In this document: positions 1 to 7,067 of the stretch, piece after piece
How the letters are laid out: each line of letters starts with the position of its first letter
Numbering within the stretch: the first letter of the stretch is position 1
IMG/VR virus record: IMGVR_UViG_2061766007_001878
Direction: 5' to 3' (one strand)
DNA: 9,808 nt
Source of the DNA: an uncultured virus (IMG/VR IMGVR_UViG_2061766007_001878)
Lineage: Duplodnaviria > Heunggongvirae > Uroviricota > Caudoviricetes
The notes under the pieces: model-generated
Database searches by the model: none
What the model saw: the letters and a program-made list of their open reading frames with translations, nothing else
What the model was told of the DNA's origin: nothing
Made by a program: the position numbers and the translations under genes

Positions 1-71
1 CTTGTAAGGATGTTTAAATCCTTCAAATCATTGTAAAACAGCGCAAAATGGCATGAGTTGTCGCATTCCAT
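1..71 (-). CDS. 5' part of hypothetical protein (MECDNSCHFALFYNDLKDLNILT...), runs off the window edge; allele of 7268..8008
   Basis: The reverse complement of 1..95 matches 7244..7338 with 3 synonymous differences (AAC TCA TGC vs AAT TCG TGT). AAAGGAG RBS precedes the ATG at 71. Confidence 0.8.
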   Translation of the reverse strand, partial: MECDNSCHFALFYNDLKDLNILT

Positions 72-74
72 ATT

Positions 75-902
75 TTACTCCTTTGATTTCTTTGGCTTCA
101 ACGATTTGGCAAATTCGATGAATTCGTCGTTGCGCTCGCCGTTGATTACCTTGTTGTAAAACGAAGCCCCTTCGATGCACCACAAGTCCGAACTGTTCGC
201 CATGCTTTCGACATATTCGATTTTCGGAATCTCAATCAGCCCTTGCTTTGACCAATCCCAATCCTTGCTCTTAATCATGTCGCGATACTTGTTGTCACTG
301 CAATAAGGAATCCACCAAATCATAGAAGTCCTTGCTGAGCTAGCAGCATGCTCGAAAAGTCTGTATCCTTCATCGGAAATGGATTTCACGCCATCCACTT
401 CCAACGCAATGGCATATTCATACCGCCTGTCAGTCCACTCCTTATTAAGGTACTCCTCCTTGTCCTTCAACAGCTCTTCTTTGCTTATTTTCTTTACTTC
501 AAGTTGCTTGCCAAAGACTTCAAAGAAATCCTTGTCTTTCTTCTCCATATCCTCTTGTGAGTGACAAATGTAGTATGTATCAACCCCTATAAACCAAGGC
601 TGGCGCATCTCGATTTTCTCCACATACGGAATATCATATTGAAGAACGCTGTCAAGCGTCAATGCCCTATACATGTTCTCAAGCATCTGATGGGCATAGA
701 ACCCAAGCGACTTTTCTGAATACACGCGCTTCGTACTCAACATCGTCCCTTTTGGCACTGGTGGCTTGTCATATTTGTTGCCATAGCCTATCTCTTCACC
801 GAACAGCTTGCCGAAATGGTCTTCAAACCAAAGCACGACTTGCTTTCTCTGCTTGTTGCTTAAATCACCCCAATACGGAGTTTTGTCTGGATTTCTTCTC
901 AT
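75..902 (-). CDS. Hypothetical protein, 275 aa; paralog of 8026..8790
   Basis: Long ORF with AAGGAA RBS and an upstream promoter motif. Shares motifs with the 254-aa ORF: W..xxxKQ.K....W.E...GK.F, IGVD, DW.K...IEIPK...ES, N.EFI.F. Confidence 0.85.
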   Translation of the reverse strand: MRRNPDKTPYWGDLSNKQRKQVVLWFEDHFGKLFGEEIGYGNKYDKPPVPKGTMLSTKRVYSEKSLGFYAHQMLENMYRALTLDSVLQYDIPYVEKIEMRQPWFIGVDTYYICHSQEDMEKKDKDFFEVFGKQLEVKKISKEELLKDKEEYLNKEWTDRRYEYAIALEVDGVKSISDEGYRLFEHAASSARTSMIWWIPYCSDNKYRDMIKSKDWDWSKQGLIEIPKIEYVESMANSSDLWCIEGASFYNKVINGERNDEFIEFAKSLKPKKSKE

Positions 903-934
903 GGTGTTTTTCCTTGTCAGATGAAGTTTTTGCT

Positions 935-965
935 ATTAATATACATCACTTTTCCAAAAATGCAA
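935..965 (-). promoter_or_regulatory. Sigma70-like promoter TTGCAT-N16-TATATT(AAT)
   Basis: Lies between the terminator and the 275-aa gene; 24/31 identical to the motif at 4091..4121. Confidence 0.6.
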
Positions 966-977
966 ATCCATAAAAGC

Positions 978-1014
978 AAAAAACCGAGGAATTCAACTCA
1001 TTCCTCGGCTTTTT
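978..1014 (-). terminator. Intrinsic terminator, possibly bidirectional
   Basis: Stem CCGAGGAAT (984-992) / ATTCCTCGG (1000-1008), 7-nt loop, flanked by A and T tracts; about 20 nt after the 127-aa gene stop. Confidence 0.85.
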
Positions 1015-1033
1015 CACAACATGCAGGCTGTCT

Positions 1034-1417
1034 TTATTTCTCTTCGCGGATGTCATTGTTGCCACCAGCATCCGCAATGCCCTCGATGTTCTGACCGCAA
1101 TGCGAGCAGTACTTGTCGTTCTTTCTGACCTTCCTGCCACAATCGGGGCAGATGTAAGGGAACATCCCGTCCCCAAGCCCCTTGGTGCTGATTTTCGGAA
1201 TCGGCTTATCCCTGTCCTTGAACTTCCTGATAATCTGGTCTTTAGCCGTTATCCTCACCTGACCGCATTCCCAGTCGATGCCGATGGACACGTCCACGAC
1301 AGGGGAGTACGGGGCGGTTCCGAAGCCGACCTCGGCTACGGAGACGACGACTTCGTTGCCACCGTGCCCGTCCTTCACAAACAGGTCAACGGTCTTCTTC
1401 AATTCATCAAGCCTCAT
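1034..1417 (-). CDS. Hypothetical protein, 127 aa, with C-terminal zinc ribbon
   Basis: CPDC-x10-CSHC motif; ATGA overlap with the upstream gene stop; followed by a terminator. Confidence 0.8.
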   Translation of the reverse strand: MRLDELKKTVDLFVKDGHGGNEVVVSVAEVGFGTAPYSPVVDVSIGIDWECGQVRITAKDQIIRKFKDRDKPIPKISTKGLGDGMFPYICPDCGRKVRKNDKYCSHCGQNIEGIADAGGNNDIREEK

Positions 1418-1964
1418 GATTCAAGCTCCTTGCTGTCGCCAGCCGTAAGGTCTTCCATGCTGACAGAGGCATGCGACTGCCTCAGATAGCTCATTTCGTC
1501 GATGACGGCTTTCTCAAGCTGGCTATATGAATGCATCTTCTCGGCGCAGTTTTTGTAGGCGTTCATTATCAGGTAGTCGAGGTCGTCCCAGACCTCCGTG
1601 TAAGTCACCATCGTGTCGTCGCTGAAAATCTGGATGGCATACTTCGGCATGTCCTTGCTCGGTTCGAGCTTCATGACCATCGCCTTCATGCCGNNNNNNN
1701 NNNGTACGAACGCATCTTCTCGGCGCAGTTCTTGTAGGCGTTCATTATCAGGTAGTCGAGGTCGTCCCAGACCTCGTTGTAGTCCACTATCATGTCGTCG
1801 CTGAAAATCTGAATGGCATACTTCGGCAGGTTCTTGTTCGGTTCGAACTTCATGACCATCGCCTTCATGCCGTAGTTCTCATGGACTCTTATCGTGCCAG
1901 TGCCTTCGGTGAAACCGTACTTCGCCAGCGTCTCAAGTTCTTCTTCAGTAAAATCTTCCTTCAT
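1414..1964 (-). CDS. Hypothetical protein of about 123 aa, represented as two overlapping alleles joined by an N gap (the 92-aa and 91-aa ORFs of the track)
   Basis: AAAGGAG RBS overlapping the topoisomerase stop precedes the ATG at 1964. 1525..1693 and 1704..1872 encode the same segment (GMKAMVMK...KNCAEKMxSY) on either side of 10 Ns. Confidence 0.7.
1525..1872. repeat. 169-bp direct duplication across an N gap (1525..1693 vs 1704..1872); probable strain-variant assembly bubble
   Basis: Direct comparison: 13 codons differ; both copies abut the gap. Confidence 0.8.
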
Positions 1965-1975
1965 TTGAATCTCCT

Positions 1976-3814
1976 TTATATCAAATTTCCGAGAATGAAG
2001 TCCCTGCGTTGGGTTGTGTTGTCGCCCATGTAGAATTCCATCATCCCGTCAAGCTTCTTCTCGCAGTCGATGGTCACTTTCTGCAATCTGATTCCCTTGC
2101 CGATGAACTGTCCGAACTCCTGCGGGGAGATTTCGCCAAGCCCCTTGAACCGAGTGATTTCGCACCCGCGTCCGAGCTGTTTGATTGCATCCTCGCGTTC
2201 GGCATCCGAGTAACAATAAAGATTCTGCTTCTTGTTGCGGACACGGAACAATGGAGTTTCGAGAATATACAAATGCCCTTGCTGAACCAACGGGCGGAAG
2301 TATGTCATGAAGTAGGTCATGAGGAGGAGGCGGATGTGAAATCCGTCCACATCGGCATCCGACGCGATGACGACCTTGTTGTAACGGAGGTCGTCGATAC
2401 TATCCTCGATTCCAAGAGCCTGCATGATGAAATACAGCTCCTCGTTCTTATACATGACATCACGTTTCTTGCCCTGCACGTTAAAAGGCTTGCCACGCAA
2501 CGGGAAGACGGCTTGAATCTCAGGATTACGAGCGTAAATCATGTTCGAGCCAGCGGAATCGCCCTCCGTCAGGAATATCATGGAATTGAGGCACTTGAGG
2601 CGTTCATCCTGTTTCTTCCTGTCCTCGAAACCACAGTAATGGAATTTGCAGTCACGAAGCTTCGGGACTTTCAGGGCGACCTTCTTGCTCTGTTCCTTCG
2701 CTTCCTTCTTGACATTCTGTATCTGCTTGCGGATTGACTCGTTTTGAGCAATCTTCTCAAACAACGCCGTCTTGAAGTCGGCATTCTTGAAAAGCTCCGC
2801 AGCGACCGCCTGTTTCACTTCGTTCACCACCCACTGCCTGATATCCGTATTGCCGAGCTTGTTCTTCGTCTGCGACTCGAAAATCGGGTCTTCAAGACGG
2901 ATGGAAACAACTCCAAGCAATCCAGAACGCACATCGGACGAATCCAATGTCTTGCCAGCGATGTCATTGACGGCTTTCAGGAATCCCTCCTTGAAGGCGG
3001 AAAGATGCGTACCGCCGTCCACCGTGTACTGCCCATTGGCGAAAGAATAGTACATTTCGTCCGTCGTCGCGAGATGCGTCAAGGCGAATTCGATTTTGTC
3101 TGAACGATAATAAAACGGCTTGTAAAGCGCATCGGATTCCCGCTTGTCTTCAAGCAGGTCGATAAGCCCGTTCTCGGAATAAAATTCCTCACCGTTTAAA
3201 TAAAGATGAAGACCTGTATTCAACCAAGCATAATTCTGAAGGCGTTTGACAATGAACTTCTCCTCGAAGCGATATCCCTTGAAGATTTCGTTGGACGGCT
3301 TGAACATGATTTCCGTCCCATTTGGGTCGCTTGTATTGGATTCGTTCTTCTCCTTCAACTTGCCAAGTTTGAAATATGCACGAAACTGCTTTCCGTCACG
3401 ACGAGAAATGACCTCGAATTCGTCACTCAACGCATTGACGGCTTTCAGACCGACACCGTTCAGACCAATGGAACACGAGAATGCCTTCGGCTTCCCGTCC
3501 TCGCCGACATCGAACTTCCCGCCCGTATTTATCTTCGATACGCAGTCGATGACCTTGCCAAGCGGGATGCCACGCCCGTAGTCGCGGACGCGCACCCGTT
3601 CGGCATCGAGGATGATGTCAATTTTGGAACCATTCCCCGTCGAGAATTCATCGATGGAATTGTCGATGACCTCTTTAAACAGCACATAAATACCGTCGTC
3701 ATTATGCTCGCCATTTCCAAGCTTGCCAATATACATGCCTGGACGCATGCGTATATGCTCAAGCGGATTCACCGACCTGATGCTGTTCTCGTCATATTTC
3801 AAATCATTAGCCAT
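1976..3814 (-). CDS. parE: Type IIA DNA topoisomerase subunit B (topoisomerase IV ParE-like)
   Basis: EHIRMRPGMYIG; GHKL ATPase motifs EVIDNSIDE, DYGRGIP, GLNGVG; TOPRIM motifs TEGDSA, PLRGK, DADVDG, RFKGLGE. The length (~612 aa) and the GKLGxG..DDGIYVL and GKVIDCVSKINTG segments resemble the ParE type of Bacteroidota/PVC/spirochaetes rather than canonical GyrB. The ATG at 3814 is preferred over the TTG at 3820 because AAAAGG lies upstream at suitable spacing. Confidence 0.92.
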   Translation of the reverse strand: MANDLKYDENSIRSVNPLEHIRMRPGMYIGKLGNGEHNDDGIYVLFKEVIDNSIDEFSTGNGSKIDIILDAERVRVRDYGRGIPLGKVIDCVSKINTGGKFDVGEDGKPKAFSCSIGLNGVGLKAVNALSDEFEVISRRDGKQFRAYFKLGKLKEKNESNTSDPNGTEIMFKPSNEIFKGYRFEEKFIVKRLQNYAWLNTGLHLYLNGEEFYSENGLIDLLEDKRESDALYKPFYYRSDKIEFALTHLATTDEMYYSFANGQYTVDGGTHLSAFKEGFLKAVNDIAGKTLDSSDVRSGLLGVVSIRLEDPIFESQTKNKLGNTDIRQWVVNEVKQAVAAELFKNADFKTALFEKIAQNESIRKQIQNVKKEAKEQSKKVALKVPKLRDCKFHYCGFEDRKKQDERLKCLNSMIFLTEGDSAGSNMIYARNPEIQAVFPLRGKPFNVQGKKRDVMYKNEELYFIMQALGIEDSIDDLRYNKVVIASDADVDGFHIRLLLMTYFMTYFRPLVQQGHLYILETPLFRVRNKKQNLYCYSDAEREDAIKQLGRGCEITRFKGLGEISPQEFGQFIGKGIRLQKVTIDCEKKLDGMMEFYMGDNTTQRRDFILGNLI

Positions 3815-3839
3815 TGTCAAACCTTTTGGCTTGTGAAAA

Positions 3840-4049
3840 TCATCCCTTCATTCTCTGAATCATACGGATGGTGCTCTTGCGCCTGCGCTTCGCCTCTTTC
3901 CGCTTCTCGCTTTCAGGCGTAAAGGAACGCCGTTCCTTCATCTCGTCGAAGATGCCTTCCTTCTCCATCTTGCGCTTCAAAATCTTGCACGCCTTTTCGG
4001 GTGTGATTTTGTAACCTTTCTTGCTGGTCAATTTTACTTCTACTGGCAT
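3840..4049 (-). CDS. rpsU: 30S ribosomal protein bS21
   Basis: 69 aa, very basic. EKACKILKRKMEKEGIFDEMKERRSFTPESEKRK fits the bS21 pattern (E.AL...K.K....G...E.K.R..Y/F..PSE.R+). Strong AAAGGAG RBS. Confidence 0.88.
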   Translation of the reverse strand: MPVEVKLTSKKGYKITPEKACKILKRKMEKEGIFDEMKERRSFTPESEKRKEAKRRRKSTIRMIQRMKG

Positions 4050-4090
4050 GTTTTTGTCTCCTTTTTAGATTTGTTGAAAAACGCGACACC

Positions 4091-4121
4091 ATTAATATGA
4101 ATCGTTTTTCTAAAATTTCAA
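4091..4121 (-). promoter_or_regulatory. Promoter TTGAAA-N16-CATATT(AAT) for the rpsU-parE transcription unit
   Basis: 24/31 identical to 935..965; overlaps the glycosyltransferase stop codon and ends about 40 nt before the rpsU start. Confidence 0.6.
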
Positions 4122-4934
4122 CTCGCGAATATACATTTTCAGACATTCCCTCATGTCATCGACATCGACAAATGTATTCGCAAGCCGTCCCAATGGCATC
4201 ACGTCTGGTATTTCCGACGACATCTCGCACATTCTTGGAACCTTCAACGCCTCTGCAAGGGAAAACAGGAACGTCTGGTTTCCGACAACAAAGGAACAAC
4301 GCTGGAAAGCCCTGCATATGTCGATAAACGTCCCGTTGAAAAGCGGGACTTCGCAATGCATGCTTTGGACAAATGCATCATGCTCCCCCTTTGTACCAAA
4401 ATAAACCAGCCTGTCGGCATATGGTCTTAAAAGATTGTAATGCGGAATCTTGCGGTTCCTGTATCTTGAAGTCCTGAACACGGCTATCTTTCCTTCAAGC
4501 CAGTCGTACTTGGGGTCGTTCGCTCCATCCACAATCAGCCAAGGGTCTGAAGCGTCATAGTAATCAGGAAGCCTTCTGAGGAACCTGTATCTTCGTGTAA
4601 TGTCCCCCTGCTTCATGTTGACACGCCCCTTTCTGATGATTCCAAGGTCGAGGGCATGAGCACCTCCCCAGTCAACAGACCGTTCGATATGGAGTGCCTT
4701 TATATAAGGCTGAAGAGCCAATACGTCCCCAAGCATCCTCAACGATGCCAAAGCAATGTCGACTCCATTTTCTTTATGATTACAACATAAATCAAGATAA
4801 TACTCGAATTTACCGCCATTGTCAAGCTGGCTCGCATTCATGATGCCGACACAGGACAGGCAAAACGGTATCGCATATATGATATCCCCGAATGCGCCTG
4901 GATTGTAAAATCTGTCAAGAACAACATTATCCAT
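4110..4934 (-). CDS. GT-B fold glycosyltransferase, GT9 (heptosyltransferase)-like
   Basis: N-terminal GAFGDIIYAIP resembles the GT9 G.GD....P motif. C-terminal FVVGNQTFLFSLAEALKVP resembles GT9 FIGNDSG..H.A.A.GVP. AAGGAA RBS. Confidence 0.6.
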   Translation of the reverse strand: MDNVVLDRFYNPGAFGDIIYAIPFCLSCVGIMNASQLDNGGKFEYYLDLCCNHKENGVDIALASLRMLGDVLALQPYIKALHIERSVDWGGAHALDLGIIRKGRVNMKQGDITRRYRFLRRLPDYYDASDPWLIVDGANDPKYDWLEGKIAVFRTSRYRNRKIPHYNLLRPYADRLVYFGTKGEHDAFVQSMHCEVPLFNGTFIDICRAFQRCSFVVGNQTFLFSLAEALKVPRMCEMSSEIPDVMPLGRLANTFVDVDDMRECLKMYIRELKF

Positions 4935-4951
4935 TTTATTCCTTATATACT

Positions 4952-6937
4952 TTAAATACCTAAGTCAGGTCCAGTCATACCGACATTATACATTTTAATA
5001 AACACAATATTTCCGCAATCATAAATTCTATTCCACCCGTTTAGCTCCATATTTTCTTCTTCAGTCAAATCTGAATTGAAAGAAGTACCAAGAATAGATG
5101 AAAGCTTATGCTTTTGACATTGATACCTAGAAAGCTTGACTTGATTTTTCTGCCACCAGTAATTAGGCTCTGAATCTTTCACTTTATCAAATCCAAGTTT
5201 TACATATACATTACCTATACTATATCGTTTATCCGCGTAGGTAATCAATGATTTTGGTTTACATTCTTGTTCAAAATTCTTCAATAATTTCGAAGCTCCT
5301 CCAACAACCTGTACACCCATTTTAGAACAGAATCTCATCAATTCAAATTCATACTTGTCGTTAAATCTTGGTTTTCCAAAGGTCATAACAGAAACAAGCT
5401 CAGTTTTATAGAACAATCCATATCTTATCGAGGCATTGTCACCGCCTTGAAGATGATTCTCATCGAGAAACTTATTCGATTCATTTGCTTCAATTGCTTT
5501 CACTACGCATTGTCTTGCAAAAATCTTCCTTTCATGTAGACCAAGGCACGATTTTATCCTATCTTTCACAATTTCCTGATTTTCCAGCCATTCGTCTTCA
5601 AATACATGAATCAATTGAATGCCTTGTGACAAACAATCACTTGTCTTTTCAAGATGATATGTTTTGTCTTTTCCTGACTTGTCATTATGCCAAAACAATC
5701 CATCCATTTCAATAGCAAGATTGACTTCAGGAAGATAGATGTCCAATTCCTTTCCTCCTAACAAAGTTCTATCATTTTCAATGATAATCCCAGAATAAAT
5801 GGATTTTACAAAATCAGTTATCTCTTTTTCCAAACATGATGAATTCGTATTATGAGGATAACAGTTAAGGCATCTCGGCAAATTAGTTGCTTTTCTGTCT
5901 ATCCATGTCGTATGAATGCTTTGTTCAAATACATTTCCGCATTTTACGCATTTCCATCGATATACCTGTCCTCTATTCCAACCTGTGTATTCTTCAACTG
6001 TAAATAAAGGAACAACATAATCTTTCCATCTTTGAAACCGATTGTAGGTCTTTTGAAGAAATTCCCTTGACTGGAAATACGAATCAGACCCATATTTTTC
6101 ATGCATCGTCTTTTTTCTTTTTTGCTTGACTTCTTCATTCTGAGTTGGATATTCACATCCAAATTTATCAAGATTGTTTCTTTTCCTTTTTTCATTCAAT
6201 TCATCAGAATGAGAAGCATTCCTGACTCCATAGCGTTCAAGACAAGTCTGTTCTGCTTTCAATTTTATTTCATTGTTTTGAAACGGATTTTCACATCCAT
6301 ATTTGTCAAGCATTGTCTGTTTTGACTTTTCACGGACAGATTTAACAGAAAACGTGCTTTCAACACCATATCTCTCCATGCACGTTTTCTTATATTTTTC
6401 CCTTACTTCCTTTGTTTTAAAATGACTGTCCACACCGTATTTCTCAAGACAATTTTCCTTTCTCTTCTTTTGTATCTCCTGACTCTGAATGGCATTTTCA
6501 ACACCATATCTCTCCATGCATGTTTGTTTATGCTTTTCCCTGACTTTCGCAGACTGCATAGGATGTGCTGAACCATATTTTTTCAAATTTGTTTCTTCCC
6601 TCTTTTTATTCGCCCTTGCAATAGCCTCTTCATCATAAACCCTTTTTTTATTGCATACAGATGCACACTTGAAACTGCAAAATCTTCTTCCATTGCATGC
6701 TTTTCTCAAATCTATTTCTTTACCACAAACCTCACATCTCTTTTTTTCGTAAATTTCATTGGCAACACAGACAAACGCTCTTCTCTTATCTTGAAACCAC
6801 GGGTCACTTTCAACAAGCTTTTCAAGATATTCATCAACGTCCTTATTTTCTTTAATAAATGTCCAGAATGACTTTCCTCTATTTTTATTCCACAAGAACT
6901 GAATTTTTTCTTTTACAATCTGATTTGGAGCTTCCAT
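4952..6937 (-). CDS. Putative free-standing homing endonuclease (Hef-like architecture): Zn finger, 8 x 23-aa repeats, Zn ribbon, Vsr/DUF559-like nuclease, C-terminal GNAT/Mom-like domain
   Basis: CEVC...FCSFKC; K/RYG repeats; CVKC...CLNC; EKE...ELDIYLPEVNLAIEMDGLFWH...HLEK...GIQLIHVFEDEW; ELMRFC...GGASKL...ITYADKRYSIGNVY..LGF. Visibly more AT-rich than its neighbours. CAGGAG RBS. Confidence 0.75.
   Translation of the reverse strand: MEAPNQIVKEKIQFLWNKNRGKSFWTFIKENKDVDEYLEKLVESDPWFQDKRRAFVCVANEIYEKKRCEVCGKEIDLRKACNGRRFCSFKCASVCNKKRVYDEEAIARANKKREETNLKKYGSAHPMQSAKVREKHKQTCMERYGVENAIQSQEIQKKRKENCLEKYGVDSHFKTKEVREKYKKTCMERYGVESTFSVKSVREKSKQTMLDKYGCENPFQNNEIKLKAEQTCLERYGVRNASHSDELNEKRKRNNLDKFGCEYPTQNEEVKQKRKKTMHEKYGSDSYFQSREFLQKTYNRFQRWKDYVVPLFTVEEYTGWNRGQVYRWKCVKCGNVFEQSIHTTWIDRKATNLPRCLNCYPHNTNSSCLEKEITDFVKSIYSGIIIENDRTLLGGKELDIYLPEVNLAIEMDGLFWHNDKSGKDKTYHLEKTSDCLSQGIQLIHVFEDEWLENQEIVKDRIKSCLGLHERKIFARQCVVKAIEANESNKFLDENHLQGGDNASIRYGLFYKTELVSVMTFGKPRFNDKYEFELMRFCSKMGVQVVGGASKLLKNFEQECKPKSLITYADKRYSIGNVYVKLGFDKVKDSEPNYWWQKNQVKLSRYQCQKHKLSSILGTSFNSDLTEEENMELNGWNRIYDCGNIVFIKMYNVGMTGPDLGI
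6060..6610 (-). repeat. Eight intragenic 69-bp (23-aa) tandem repeats with core T-C/M/N-L/M-E/D-K/R-Y-G
   Basis: KKYG, ERYG, EKYG, ERYG, DKYG, ERYG, DKFG and EKYG are spaced exactly 23 aa apart; the first and last Gly codons are 483 nt (7 x 69) apart. Confidence 0.9.
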
Positions 6938-6966
6938 TTTTTTCTCCTGATACTTTTGTACTTTTA

Positions 6967-6997
6967 TTTAATATGAAAACTTTTACTATTTATTAAA
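6967..6997 (-). promoter_or_regulatory. Degenerate third copy of the promoter motif (CATATTAA) upstream of the endonuclease gene
   Basis: 21/31 identical to 4091..4121, but the background is very AT-rich and the -35 element is weak (TTTAAT). Confidence 0.35.
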
Positions 6998-7007
6998 TAA
7001 AAATAAA

Positions 7008-7044
7008 GAAAAAGTCATGAAATGTAATATTTCATGACTTTTTC
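7008..7044 (-). terminator. Perfect 16-bp inverted repeat; probable terminator of the upstream gene
   Basis: GAAAAAGTCATGAAAT-gtaat-ATTTCATGACTTTTTC, followed by a T-rich run on the minus strand; 23 nt after the stop at 7068. Confidence 0.7.
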
Positions 7045-7067
7045 AATAATACATAAGTAATTATATA

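Noticed and set aside
1525..1872. Diversity-generating retroelement TR/VR pair
   Set aside because: Differences are not adenine-specific (for example CTC/TTC, ACG/ATG, ATC/ATT), no reverse transcriptase is visible, and the copies abut an N gap.
2009..3922. Long plus-strand ORFs (242, 119, 238 aa and others)
   Set aside because: Antisense shadows of parE and rpsU with no recognisable motifs.
4110..4112. Stop-codon reassignment (TAG or TGA read-through)
   Set aside because: All recognisable genes are intact in code 11. TGA ends several genes, and the single TAG stop would add only about 6 residues if read through, so there is no positive evidence.
6060..6610. CRISPR array (69-bp periodicity)
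   Set aside because: The repeats are degenerate, in frame and conserved at the protein level; there is no repeat-spacer structure and no cas gene.
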